From assembly GCA_964410585.1 (NCBI GenBank), contig CAYPFW010000001.1, positions 256,001 to 320,000 of the forward strand: a stretch of DNA of 64,000 nucleotides, in the 5' to 3' direction. The translations under genes and the position numbers were made by a program. Positions within the stretch are counted from its first letter, which is position 1, and each line of letters starts with the position of its first letter. Below are positions 40,701 through 46,770 of the stretch, one piece after another. This stretch comes from an uncultured archaeon (GTDB lineage Archaea > Aenigmatarchaeota > Aenigmatarchaeia > QMZP01 > JACQNV01). The notes below the pieces were generated by a model, which saw only the letters and a program-made list of their open reading frames with translations, had not been told where the DNA came from and did not search any database.

Positions 40701-42118
40701 GATGAAAATTCTGCTATTAGAGTTGTTTCTCCAATTTCGTATATTTCAACTCTCGGGGTCCCAGAAATTGTTCTTGGATATAAGGTGATATCATTTACAT
40801 TTGTTAGGTTTTGCTCAAATGTTACTCTGACATAATCACCTGAAGGTATTGTTTCAGACCAAACACCATCAAGGGACTTTGCTTCATTGTAAATATCGGA
40901 GATGAATACTCTATTGGTGTCTAAGTGATCTGCCTTTGTTATGTTGATTATTCCTCCAGCATATCCAGAGAAGTGCGACACTGTAAATGTGATCGTATCA
41001 CCATTATCAGCAAAAGGAATTTGAGTTTGTGTCCAAGAAGAAGGGCAATTAAAGTTTTCAACATCAAAATCTGAACATTCAAAAATTGCGTCGACTTCGC
41101 CTTGTTTTGGTAGGGTCAAAGTTGCGTTGTCTATTTCAATTTCAGGGGAAGCAAATACAACTGATTTTAATTTTTCATCTGGATAGACATCTGTCCTAAA
41201 CTTCAATTTTTCAGGCAAAGTTTTCAAACCCTTTATTTTCACACCTGGTTTTGGAGGCGCTCCAACTTGAAGACCAGTCAAAAGACCTGTCAAAGAGAAA
41301 TCAAAATCAGATGGAAGGTCTATTTCTATATCATATTCGCCTTCATCTGTTTCTGTAACTTTGTGGAAAGCTATTTCGTTTCCTTCCTTGTCGAAAATAT
41401 CTATTCTATTAGCTGTATTTATTTTTTCTTCAACACCATAATCAATTGAATTTACTGTGATTTGTGTTCCAACAACTTCAAAAACAATTTTATAAAAACT
41501 CTCATTAAAATCAATCAATTCGCAAGAAGCGACACACACCGAACTAAACTTGACTTTCTTTGGTTTTTTCTCTTTTTCAACTATTACACCAACATATCCC
41601 TCTTCTGTGATATTTAATTCCTCTGGAATTCTTTCTGTGATATCTGTTTCTTCTTCAAGCGGTTGCTCCAACTCATCTAGAGTTGAAATGTCTTGCGGAA
41701 TATCTTCAAAAGGAACTTCTTCAGATACAAAATCACCTTGAATAAAGTCGCCTTGTCTTTTAGAAGAGTCAAAAAGTAAATACCTCTCACCTTCTTTTTC
41801 AACAAAAATTTTGACAAGGCCTTTGTCCTCAAACTCACCTGAAACTTTTAGACTAGAAATAGAAACTTTTTCTGGGAGAACCCAGATATAATCACCTGTT
41901 CTATCGAAAACCACATTAACTGGATCTGATTTTATTTTCTCTACACCAACAACTGAACCGGAAAGTTCAGGAGAAAAATTATTTTCAACACCCAGGAAAG
42001 AATCAATAAACAAATATGAACTTAAAAGAAAAATTGTTATTGTCAAAACAAAGGACAATTTACTCTTAAAATTCCTAGCTCTACTACGAGAAAAAGTACG
42101 CTGCCCCCCTTTACGCAT
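25715..42118 (-). CDS. giant (5467 aa) cell-surface glycoprotein/adhesin: 3 LamG domains, many Ig-like repeats, Cys-rich repeats, C-terminal TM anchor
   Basis: YW.(L/F)D...D.S...G LamG starts with F/W.G.ID.V.I(F/W)NR.L ends; repeated D.T.P / D.AGN Ig motifs; CGNG.C...E...SCP.DC repeats; Gly/Ser linker; abundant N-x-S/T sequons; TM plus K/R tail. Confidence 0.9.
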   Translation of the reverse strand: MRKGGQRTFSRSRARNFKSKLSFVLTITIFLLSSYLFIDSFLGVENNFSPELSGSVVGVEKIKSDPVNVVFDRTGDYIWVLPEKVSISSLKVSGEFEDKGLVKIFVEKEGERYLLFDSSKRQGDFIQGDFVSEEVPFEDIPQDISTLDELEQPLEEETDITERIPEELNITEEGYVGVIVEKEKKPKKVKFSSVCVASCELIDFNESFYKIVFEVVGTQITVNSIDYGVEEKINTANRIDIFDKEGNEIAFHKVTETDEGEYDIEIDLPSDFDFSLTGLLTGLQVGAPPKPGVKIKGLKTLPEKLKFRTDVYPDEKLKSVVFASPEIEIDNATLTLPKQGEVDAIFECSDFDVENFNCPSSWTQTQIPFADNGDTITFTVSHFSGYAGGIINITKADHLDTNRVFISDIYNEAKSLDGVWSETIPSGDYVRVTFEQNLTNVNDITLYPRTISGTPRVEIYEIGETTLIAEFSSLNDNQYNKIYLTNLQGTQDRFDLKVLGGSVQFDHIVDPAPTGPTLNSPTNASTAKHSHRLLNITVSDPDSDPMNVSIYGDNSTSTELIAFFQNQASGTTLTYNWTAPTISTVFSGDTGLMAYWKLDSDANDYSGNNNNGTISGAFFNKTNGKLGGAAQFDGVTDYIKIPYSQSLNISTGKVTITAWINAVNDTAYKEIVNKRGLSTGLTQYDLRLDPTEQLTFYWRSSSWQTVTSTDPIPIGQWVHVVGSRDDATNTVLLYVNGVLVKNSTSITNDMIQDATNVTIGSSTYSLTTDEFNGKIDEVGIWNRILSSAEIASLYSLGNGTYYWKADANDGSATTTSATNQFTVGNNAPGTPTFNSPSNASTAKPSFRLLNTTAPTDADGDAINVSIYGDNTTASSLLAFFQNPTTGTELTYNFTSLPVGSLYPSGSTGLVGYWNFDKNASDFSGRGQTATHNGNAFVNTTGGYFAGGLQLDGTGDYDTFTMASGAGTSLTTGTMIAWVKANSIASYKSILGSRAGGGNRGLFLSGAAGNPLTFSWDNADNEYNGATGLTLSTGQWYFAAVVINSGNAVVYLGSPGGTLQSYTNSNSNSAQTIEGDWYIGRDSSNTARDWNGIIDDVAIFNRSLSSSEITDLYRLGYDTYYWKVDATDGTSTTTSATNQFTVANTVPSAPTLNSPANASTDTATFRLLNTTVTDPDADTLNVSIYGDNSSASNLIAFFSGISNGTTLTYNWTSPVVSSLYANNALGLVSYWNFDKNASDYSTLAQHGTLNGNAFINTTGGYHAGGLQLRGASSGDYVSTTISSNVPNTNNFTMLAWVYPKALAASEAIASSRQGGGHRGLVLSQASGFPLTFSWDDASNEWNAATGLVMSTNNWYLAAAAVSSTGVTVYLGHPNGTLQTYTDTNANAVKTASGTWNIGHDSFSAARQWNGTIDGLALFNRTLTTAEITDLFRLPNSTYYWRADANDGTDTTNSATRQFTVGTAAGPDTTNPSVVLNSPADAASTSSPVTFNTTVTDSGGVANVTLYIDGVANTTNTSGVSGEYTFSKSLSSGGHNWSILAYDTSGNSNQSATRTLTISAGDTTAPSVTLNTPTAGWYNSNFVVNATVTDDTAVSTVQYRYENSSTNGSWVSMTNPSGNLWNATFSVSSVADGNYTFRINATDNSANSNSTVTVANVAIDDTSPTSLSFVSPTPASGSNQSSTSYTVNLTFTETNPNNCLFDDGSTNQSMTRIGSACNITLSGQSDGTKTYRVHVNDSAGNLVVSDSRTVTIDSSNPAVTARSTTYPGSQTSATNGQTVTLNATVTDATTGVQTVTVNAQDLGCSSTLALNKQGSSTSYTNTCQLSSATSGTKSLTVTATDFASNSNTTTTLSVVVDATNPSLTLNSPANSLIQSSSSLTFNITATDSTGIQNVSLYIDNILNQTNTSGISGEYIFTKTIADGNHNWSVLVYDTVGNSNQSTTRSFTIDTIAPSLSITSPSISANLSVSTISILGTASDTNSDTIIINNSIFGSNVGSYTSWNFTNSTIAEGTYSVLITANDTAGNTQTATRTFTIDRTNPTVLSNSTTYPGSQTKAKAGDTITLRATLTDSTSGIQNATVNLGNVCTANTTLTLQSGSLYTGSCTIKSSPTEGTNQLTVTVYDYAGNSNTTTTLSVSIDNTAPTITVSSPTNTTYGSTSVQLNVTADETISKWWYSLNSESNTTFTPNTTFLASEGSNNIVIYANDSTNNVASSQVFFTVDTGAPTLSSVSTNDTDNKVKSTTGLQINITATDSSGVSTVIVGNLTNITMSSIGSNKYQTNTTASALGCTATDGSCVLKFYANDTVNNFATTTLTLTVDDTSPTISITSPTTNQNVSSVRINITGTVTETNQGSASDVVVNNSIFGSNVGSFSSFNFTNTSMADGTYSIQITATDAVGNSNTATIRFSVDTTAPTASYNSQTAANNANLSQNWYNVEIALTETNPDTCLLESNDTGSVVNYTMTRSGSICSLNRTGRNDGTYSFKTYFNDTAGNVGSTSSRTNTLDTGIPTISSQTVNYPSGQSMIGNGQTIILNTTGVTDSGTGINTIVVDASQLGCSGSLALNRQGSSNSYSNTCQLSGASSGTKVLPINATDFAGNSNTSISFSVEVDATNPTWSANQTNGSSTTKTGQSIQFNITLTDTNPDKYIFSFDNGAGSFTNDSAASYTSGSVLTKTKTITATAGQTVRWLWWFNDSAGNVNQTGTSSFVVADSPSSVSINTPTSGYYTSNFVVNATAADSDGLSSVQYRYENSSTNGSWVSMTNPSGNLWNATFSVSSVADGNYTFRINATDNSANSNSTVTVANVAIDDTSPTSLSFVSPTPASGSNQSSTSYTVNLTFTETNPNNCLFDDGSTNQSMTRIGSACNITLSGQSDGTKTYRVHVNDSAGNLVVSDSRTVTIDSSNPAVTARSTTYPGSQTSATNGQTVTLNATVTDATTGVQTVTVNAQDLGCSSTLALNKQGSSTSYTNTCQLSSATSGTKSLTVTATDFASNSNTTTTLSVVVDATNPSLTLNSPANSLIQSSSSLTFNITATDSTGIQNVSLYIDNILNQTNTSGISGEYIFTKTIADGNHNWSVLVYDTVGNSNQSTTRSFTIDTIAPSLSITSPSISANLSVSTISILGTASDTNSDTIIINNSIFGSNVGSYTSWNFTNSTIAEGTYSVLITANDTAGNTQTATRTFTIDRTNPTVLSNSTTYPGSQTKAKAGDTITLRATLTDSTSGIQNATVNLGNVCTANTTLTLQSGSLYTGSCTIKSSPTEGTNQLTVTVYDYAGNSNTTTTLSVSIDNTAPTITVSSPTNTTYGSTSVQLNVTADETISKWWYSLNSESNTTFTPNTTFLASEGSNNIVIYANDSTNNVASSQVFFTVDTGAPTLSSVSTNDTDNKVKSTTGLQINITATDSSGVSTVIVGNLTNITMSSIGSNKYQTNTTASALGCTATDGSCVLKFYANDTVNNFATTTLTLTVDDTSPTISITSPTTNQNVSSVRINITGTVTETNQGSASDVVVNNSIFGSNVGSFSSFNFTNTSMADGTYSIQITATDAVGNSNTATIRFSVDTTAPTIPSFVSPTEANNANVSRNWYYVNVTFTETNPDTCLLDDGTNTTMTRSGTNCYLNKTEQSNGAKTYKVYVNDTANNQAVSVTRTVTVDTTKPSVVLNSPASGSTSSVSSVTFNSTVSDTTLANVSLYIDGSLNQTNSSGSTGDYLFTLSLADATYSWYILATDYAGNQNQSATRTLTVSTDTTPPTLDFASPTPTINSNQSSTSVTINVTSVDTTSNIDTCILEWAGENESMTKVGSGTSVSCNKVKSGLVDGAYTFKVYSNDTKGNMNVTPSRTVRIDTINPSAILISPANNSKFNTSSITFQFNVTDSGSGVKNITKHLTGDDSSITVTQSGNYSVTINYGTITGGLTTETWYIFAYDRAGNLNQTETRTFRIDQNKPSTTATAVRLDSSSYTFNSWTNSTYVNITLSCSDGSGVGCDTKLYCTDTANTCSPNTVYTAPVQISTEGTSYIRYNSNDTAGNIEVTKSSTIKIDSISPLISYAIGTNNDQSNISSSSIFVNVSVTELNEDTITFKLFNTAGQVNSTSYTNGQRTINWTGLVQGTYTYNVTVNDSAGNTQALATRTIRLDTSAPSTAPSAIKSDGSPYTFNSFTNSSTVNVSLSCSDGSGLGCDKTIYCIDTSNTCSPNSVYSSQVQISTQGTSYFRYRSNDTIGNLESVSNQTIKIDSLNPSATTPQTSLGTLSTTTSVQINVTASDSASGISSVIVGNLTNQSMSSIGSNKYQITTTPADLGCLSNQTTCLLRFYANDSVNNINSTTTLTLNITACGQTITSSTTISSNSNVNGNCLILGANNVVINGNGKSITGSGSGTAINVSGFTNVTVANLTITNFTTDVAITTGTATLINTTFNRTKTTVSGTGNLTAKWYVDNVVREWGFEYFDGLSGGTGYCGDSKCGSGENQFTCSQDCSGNISETCGNGFCGYSETSSSCPADCGGGAGYCGNNVCNQGETNSNCPSDCQQASGQCNLNSTFCSGKIQSVCGQQQGACAWNSSASACQSNSTFCAGISSQSSCTNKQPSTSCLWSSGEVCGNGACVGSETSSSCPADCAGGDNYCGNGVCVGSETSFTCATDCGAPTPPGVSGANVTVYDAFGNIVSSVATSSSGSIPRLELTEFVQTSSGKTTYTIHSINISKSGYTKFSRILNLTASGSISLSHVLNKAFANCDSYNGNQTQCTAAKCSWQNDTQLCKPSFTALDCDQFCGVCSTQSACTGSSRRCIWESSGAGFCRENFNTFTYGSGGTSNSTGFFNFIPLDCSKDPSKCDSRFDVSKGYYKYETLCSDNVDNDNDGSSDCSDIDCSRWPVCSGSYNSTNDTTSPQITNFKDNTDVGSSDIFFSATEPTNATLYFYGTNSSCSVLNKTITEPDFPGCSLDNYALWHQFSLDSSQNLSLASNTSYYYKIIGYDQAGLKYETSCLNFTTKSSAQTYNFRIAYDGVKINTGSGLQSYNFTSGSQEFSRVRDAQMQVGGFTFGRANLAGSESLNLTGQFLSGTSPQQGTKFTGFNTSTWLETAQKLGMRPSDNVTITVEGTGDKLYKCDDNGENCAEMTDCVSLVSSNSTHRTYAIAVAAGFSTYALNTPSGGDTGGSGGSGGSGGGGSSGGGSSGGSGGGGGGGGGVASVVKLDIVDAITDFVKKGEDKTMIVPINNTGNTKLDLKLQLSGLPNNLAALESDSISLDPGKATNINIKLFTSEQTEPGVYTGQLLISSPKINKTVSLIVEVETKKVLFDVKIDIPAEYREVKPGKTILSQILVINFGEFEKVDVVAKYKVKDLDNKVLLEDTETFAVEDQISFLKEIYIPTHFKEGDYVVIAEVHFQDTVTTSSQLIHVKVDSVQSLPETDVLIYVIIVVIGAVVVLVGYTQRKVKRVERKYRKKISKEYSKYQEKSKTEKRKRLLQKIKRRRGK
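31427..33886. repeat. 2460-bp intragenic direct repeat, copy A
   Basis: Appears identical to 34877-37336 (offset 3450); identical shadow ORFs at that offset in the ORF track. Confidence 0.9.
34877..37336. repeat. 2460-bp intragenic direct repeat, copy B
   Basis: Appears identical to 31427-33886; the copies are separated by 990 bp of related but unique sequence. Confidence 0.9.
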
Positions 42119-42210
42119 AGAATAATATAATATATGTATAATAAATACTTTAATTTCGCATTTGGCTAATACCTATTTTGATATATATTTGGGAAAAGAC
42201 AAGAAATAGT

Positions 42211-42810
42211 ATGGTAGTTGATATTATCAGCACGACAGTGGCTCTTTTTGCAATAGTTGACCCATTTGCAGCTATTCCAATATTTCTAATTCTATTTGGA
42301 AAGACTAACAGAAAAAGACAAATAAGAGCAGCATTGGAAATAAGCATTGCAGCATTTGTGCTTCTTTTAATTTTCTCTTTAGGTGGCCTTCCGCTTCTCA
42401 ATCTTTTGGGAGTTTCTATACCAGCATTTATGATTGCTGGTGGAATCCTTCTTTTGATTTTATCATTTGATTTTCTACATGGGGAATTGCCTAGATCAAG
42501 ACGCATATCAACAAAAATTTCCGAGGCAATTGTTCCTATAGGAACACCGCTATTGGCTGGTCCTGGTGCAATCACAACTTCCATATATTTTACACAGCAA
42601 TCAGGTCTCCCTGTTGTTTTAGCTTCCTTATTCATAATATTTATTGTGTCCTTCCTTGCATTGTTTGGGAGTAGATTGATTTCTAAAGTTCTCGGAAACA
42701 GTGGATTGAGGATTTTAACAAGGATAATGGGATTGATTACTGCAGCTGTTGCTATCAGTTTAATAGAAAAGGCTTTTGTCATTTACGGCGTTTTGCCTGC
42801 TGTTTTTTGA
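42211..42810 (+). CDS. marC: MarC family membrane protein
   Basis: LFAIVDPF..IPIF, F.IAGGILL, VPIGTPLLAGPGAIT and RIMGLI; ATG at 42211. Confidence 0.92.
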   Translation: MVVDIISTTVALFAIVDPFAAIPIFLILFGKTNRKRQIRAALEISIAAFVLLLIFSLGGLPLLNLLGVSIPAFMIAGGILLLILSFDFLHGELPRSRRISTKISEAIVPIGTPLLAGPGAITTSIYFTQQSGLPVVLASLFIIFIVSFLALFGSRLISKVLGNSGLRILTRIMGLITAAVAISLIEKAFVIYGVLPAVF

Positions 42811-42864
42811 TTTCTAATGTTTTTAAATAGAAAACTGTTGTATATTATTTGTAAAAGCTTTAGC

Positions 42865-42950
42865 AGAGGGTGTAATCAAGTGATGCGCATCAGCTCTGAA
42901 ATCAGATGCCGAAACTGGCAAAGCCAATTTCCAATTATTGCATGCCTTCT
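42865..42950 (+). ncRNA. putative structured RNA upstream of endA
   Basis: Closing stem AGAGGGTGT/ATGCCTTCT encloses three small hairpins (TGAT/ATCA, TCTG/CAGA, TGCC/GGCA); TATA-like TTTAAATA at about 42822. Confidence 0.35.
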
Positions 42951-42983
42951 ATTTTCGCTTAAGCTTTTTACAGAAAAGTTTAT

Positions 42984-44168
42984 ATGATAGAATTGAAGTT
43001 TGACCCAAATATAGGAATATGGTGTGAAGAATTGGAGAGTTTGGATAAATTAAAAAAGAACTTTTTTGGTGAAGAAAAAGATGGGAAGATTTTTTTGAAA
43101 ATAGAAGAGGCTTTGTATGTTCTTGATCTTCTAAACGGGCGGGTCACACAAGAAGAAATTCAAATAAGTTTCAATGAACTGGCTTCACACTTTTCAAAAG
43201 ATAACCCAAGATTGATAATAAAGTACAATGCATACAGGGATTGGAGAGATAGGGGTTTGATACTAAAACGAGAAAAAGATGTTTCAAAAAAAGGCAACCA
43301 GAAACAACATAAGAAATATCCAGCAAAAAAATTGGAGTTAGAAAAAATAGAATCAAAGGTCTATTGGTATCCTACATCATATTTTTCCATTTTAGAAGAT
43401 GAAAAAATTGGAAAACAGCTTTTCGAAAAATATTGGATTGGGCAACTTGGTATATACAAACAGGATAGAGGTGCTTTACTCAAATTAGATTTTTTGGAAA
43501 CTGTTTTTCTTTCAAAACACTTTGATTTAGAAATTATCAACTCTTTAACTGGGAAAAAAATAACCCACAAGCAAATATTGGAAAAAGTTGAAAAGGAAAG
43601 AGAATACTCCAGGCAGCTTTATGACATTTATGAAGACTGGAGATTGCAGGGTTTTGTTGTTAAAACAGGATTTAAATTTGGTTCACATTTCAGGATCTAT
43701 TTCCCTGGCGCTTCTCCATCAAAGGAAGGTAAGTGGACGCATTCAAAACACGTTCTACACGTTTTTCCAAAAGAACAGAAACTTTTGATTTCAGAATGGG
43801 CTAGGGCTGTTCGTGTTGCACACTCAGTCAAAAAAACTTTTTTGCTGGGAATTCCTGAATTAACAAAAGAGGATTTTGTTGAATACCCTGATTGTTTTTT
43901 GTCATATAGAAGAAAAAAAGAAAATGGGAATTTAGTAAGGGAAACACCAGATGATTTGCCAAGATTTTTGCTTGTTCCAGTTGCAGAAGACGAACATATT
44001 GGTGGGATAGAACTTGCTTCTATGCTGGAGAAGGCAAAAAAACTTGGCGTCGAATTAATACTTTCAATATCTGATCGAGAAACAGCAATTACATACTATA
44101 CTTTGAAAAAGGTTGTTTTGCCTGGATCACAGTATGAGTATTATGAAATAGAATGGGAGAAACCTTAA
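42984..44168 (+). CDS. endA: tRNA splicing endonuclease, three-unit epsilon2 (ARMAN) type
   Basis: 394 aa; catalytic unit KTGFKFGSHFRIYFPGA...W.HSKHVLHVFP...ISEWARAVRVAHSVKK, matching my recollection of the ARMAN-2 EndA pattern; a degenerate N-terminal unit (Y.DWRDRGL). Confidence 0.9.
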   Translation: MIELKFDPNIGIWCEELESLDKLKKNFFGEEKDGKIFLKIEEALYVLDLLNGRVTQEEIQISFNELASHFSKDNPRLIIKYNAYRDWRDRGLILKREKDVSKKGNQKQHKKYPAKKLELEKIESKVYWYPTSYFSILEDEKIGKQLFEKYWIGQLGIYKQDRGALLKLDFLETVFLSKHFDLEIINSLTGKKITHKQILEKVEKEREYSRQLYDIYEDWRLQGFVVKTGFKFGSHFRIYFPGASPSKEGKWTHSKHVLHVFPKEQKLLISEWARAVRVAHSVKKTFLLGIPELTKEDFVEYPDCFLSYRRKKENGNLVRETPDDLPRFLLVPVAEDEHIGGIELASMLEKAKKLGVELILSISDRETAITYYTLKKVVLPGSQYEYYEIEWEKP

Positions 44169-44346
44169 GCTTTTTCTGGGAAAAAAGCTTATGCAAAAAT
44201 AGGAGGCTAATTTTTTCTGCGTCTGAGGACTTGAAAAAATTTACGCCTTCCAACTATAGAAAAGAAATCATACACTATTCCATAGCTTTGTAACTGTTCT
44301 TTCTTGGGTTATAAGGCTTCTTTCTTACAAGAAAGAAGGGTATATG
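44164..44346 (+). repeat. composite intergenic repeat (modules C-A-B)
   Basis: aagcttttt..aaaaagctt hairpin, then aggaggctaa...aaatttacgccttcc, then tttgtaactgttctttcttgggttataaggc-hairpin-gggtatatg. Confidence 0.7.
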
Positions 44347-45237
44347 CACACAGAAGACGAATTAAAAAAATACATAGAAGCTGGGAAGATTTTGGCAGAG
44401 GTTAGAAGGGATATTTGGAAACAAATAAAGCCCGGGCTGAAAATTTTGGATTTAGCAAACTTGATTGAAAACGAAATCATAAAACGCGGCGCGAAAATTT
44501 CTTTTCCTGTGAACATATCAATAGATGATCAAACAGCACACTATACACCTTCTTTTGACGATAAAAGGGAAATTAAAGAAAATGAATTAGTTAAAATCGA
44601 TATAGGGACCCACATAGATGGCTATAGCGCAGATTCTGCAATGACTTATTGCTCTTCAAAAAATAAATTGATAGAAACAGCAAACAAAGCATTGGAGGCT
44701 GCAACAAAAATTGTCAAGCCAGGATTGAAAGTTTCAGAGCTCGGTTCACTTATAGAAGAAATTGTGAAAAAAGAAGGCTTAGGTCTAATTGTTAATTTGA
44801 CAGGACATGGAATTGGCCAAAACGATTTCCACAAAGAGCCAACAATACACAATGTGAAAAATAATTCAGGATATGTGCTCCAGGAAAACGAAGTCATTGC
44901 GATAGAACCGTTCGTTTGTGAAGGCGGGGGATTTGTGAAAGAGTCTGGGACAGTTGAAATTTTTAGGTATTTTCAAGATAGGCCTGTCAGGTCAAGCGAT
45001 TCTCGGGAAATTCTAGAATACATAAAATCAAATTTTGGACTTTATCCTTTTGCAAAAAGATGGCTCTTGAAAAAATTCACTCCAATGAAAGTTTCTCTGG
45101 CCCTAAAACAACTTGAGATGGCAGGATGTATAGAAAGCTATCCTGTTTTAAAAGAACAGAGTGGAAAAAAAGTTGTACAATCAGAATATACAATAATTGT
45201 CAAGGATAAACCAATTGTAACTACACCTTATTTGTAA
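44344..45237 (+). CDS. map: methionine aminopeptidase type II
   Basis: FPVNIS...AHYTP, KIDIGTHIDG..AD.A, NLTGHG and AIEPF, plus the type-II helical insert. Confidence 0.93.
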   Translation: MHTEDELKKYIEAGKILAEVRRDIWKQIKPGLKILDLANLIENEIIKRGAKISFPVNISIDDQTAHYTPSFDDKREIKENELVKIDIGTHIDGYSADSAMTYCSSKNKLIETANKALEAATKIVKPGLKVSELGSLIEEIVKKEGLGLIVNLTGHGIGQNDFHKEPTIHNVKNNSGYVLQENEVIAIEPFVCEGGGFVKESGTVEIFRYFQDRPVRSSDSREILEYIKSNFGLYPFAKRWLLKKFTPMKVSLALKQLEMAGCIESYPVLKEQSGKKVVQSEYTIIVKDKPIVTTPYL

Positions 45238-45314
45238 TAAAAAATATTTTTTTCTACAAAAATTATTTAAATGAGAGAAACATATTAAATCATTGAATTT
45301 TGGATTCTAGTTTT

Positions 45315-45797
45315 ATGACAAAACCTGTTCCCGTTGCTGTTGGATGTTTGGTTAGAAACAATAAAATTTTACTTATTAAAAGGGCGAAGCCACCCTTTGA
45401 AAATATGTGGAGCATTCCAGCTGGAAAAGTTGAATATGGTGAATATGTTGATGAGGCAATTGAGAGAGAGTTAAGAGAAGAAGCAAGCTTGGATGTTGCA
45501 TACGATGGTGTAAAGGGAACAGTAACTGAGCACATTTTTGAAAATGGACAGCTTGTTCTACACACAATAATGTTTTTGTGCAATTTGTCAGCAAATGGAG
45601 CTGAGCCTAGAAGCGGACCTGAAGGGGAACTGAAATGGTTTGATTTGAATTCAATAGATGATTTCAAAAGTAAAATAATTCCAAGTGATTTTGAGATGAT
45701 CCAAAAATTTATTTTGTCAAATGAGGAAGGGTACTTCAATTCAATAATAGAAAAGGTCAACGGCTCTTATTTTTTGAAAGATTTCAGGAAGATATAA
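45315..45797 (+). CDS. NUDIX hydrolase
   Basis: Nudix box PAGKVEYGE....AIERELREEASL; ATG at 45315. Confidence 0.88.
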   Translation: MTKPVPVAVGCLVRNNKILLIKRAKPPFENMWSIPAGKVEYGEYVDEAIERELREEASLDVAYDGVKGTVTEHIFENGQLVLHTIMFLCNLSANGAEPRSGPEGELKWFDLNSIDDFKSKIIPSDFEMIQKFILSNEEGYFNSIIEKVNGSYFLKDFRKI

Positions 45798-45961
45798 TTT
45801 TGATCAAAGATTGTTTTGAATTTTATTGAAAAAAGTGTCTCTGTTTGTGTCCAATTTTTTGTTTTGCTAAATTATCCAAATGTCCAGTTATTCTATAGAA
45901 GTAATTCAAAAATGTCAAAATAAAAAAGAAAATATATAAATGAGATGTGTCAATATATTCT

Positions 45962-46111
45962 ATGGCAGAGAAATGTCCTTCTTGTGGAACCCATGGAAGA
46001 AACTGGGAAAATGAGGAAAATGTTTTTCACTGTCCAACTTGTTTGAGTATTTATTCTGAATTTGGTTTGGTTCTTGAGTCCCAAAAAAGGGCACCTGAGT
46101 TCTGGTCTTGA
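45962..46111 (+). CDS. 49-aa Zn-ribbon protein (absent from the ORF track)
   Basis: Manual translation MAEKCPSCGTHGRNWENEENVFHCPTCLSIYSEFGLVLESQKRAPEFWS*; TATATAAA about 25 nt upstream. Confidence 0.7.
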   Translation: MAEKCPSCGTHGRNWENEENVFHCPTCLSIYSEFGLVLESQKRAPEFWS

Positions 46112-46150
46112 CATTTTCTTTGGAAAGAATTTACAGAAAGAAAATGTCAA
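46108..46150. repeat. 14-bp perfect inverted repeat (hairpin/terminator-like)
   Basis: TTGACATTTTCTTT ... AAAGAAAATGTCAA, overlapping the stop codon of the Zn-ribbon gene. Confidence 0.65.
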
Positions 46151-46194
46151 TCAAAAGAAACATGCAATTGGTTTCAGAAAAATATACAAACCAC

Positions 46195-46285
46195 GTCTAC
46201 CGTACCCAAAAATATATAAAAATTCCTAAGGCTCACACAAAAGAAAACTAATTTACAGGTAATTGAAGAAATTTACGCCTTTCAC
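46195..46285. repeat. fragments of repeat modules B (reverse, two copies) and A
   Basis: gtctaccgtacccaaaaa is the reverse complement of the 60975 copy; also cctaaggctcacacaaaa and aaatttacgcctttcac. Confidence 0.55.
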
Positions 46286-46301
46286 TATAAACCACATTCC
46301 T

Positions 46302-46766
46302 CTATTTAATCTCCAACTGTTTGTCCAGTGGAGGATCTGAAAAATATGCACGGACACCGAATTTTGGATCCACAAGTTCCAGCATCTCAAAGTTTGGCTT
46401 CTTAATCAAGCAAAATCCTTTTTGAGACAAGTATTTTTTCTTGAAACTTGGATAATCTGAAACTGTGAAATCTGCATCGCCTCGCTCTGGTCTTGTTGAA
46501 TCTGGAATTCGAATTTTTAATAATTGTAAAACACCAGAAACTGTTTTAAGTGGGGGAATTTGGAAAAGTGGGCCCTTAGGTGTTTGCTCGACAATTTTTC
46601 CAAACTTTTCCACTGTTTCTATCAAATCAGCGTACTGTGCCTCGCTTTGGGAAAAAATGCAAGCATAATTTACAGGTGCACCTTTTTGGTCCGTGTGCTT
46701 GTTCTTTAGCTCGGTCGCATCTTTGACAATTTCTTGGACAAATTTTTTGAGGTCTTCAATTTTCAT
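46302..46766 (-). CDS. conserved hypothetical protein
   Basis: 154-aa ORF coupled to pyrH; motif LLKIR.PD.TRPERGDADF. Confidence 0.7.
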   Translation of the reverse strand: MKIEDLKKFVQEIVKDATELKNKHTDQKGAPVNYACIFSQSEAQYADLIETVEKFGKIVEQTPKGPLFQIPPLKTVSGVLQLLKIRIPDSTRPERGDADFTVSDYPSFKKKYLSQKGFCLIKKPNFEMLELVDPKFGVRAYFSDPPLDKQLEIK

Positions 46767-46770
46767 ATTT

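Noticed and set aside
42150-42782. 210-aa minus-strand ORF
   Set aside because: Antisense shadow of marC; the many other shadow ORFs over the rpo genes and the giant gene were rejected likewise.
45950-46150. 66-aa minus-strand ORF
   Set aside because: The plus-strand 49-aa Zn-ribbon ORF with a promoter is the better explanation.
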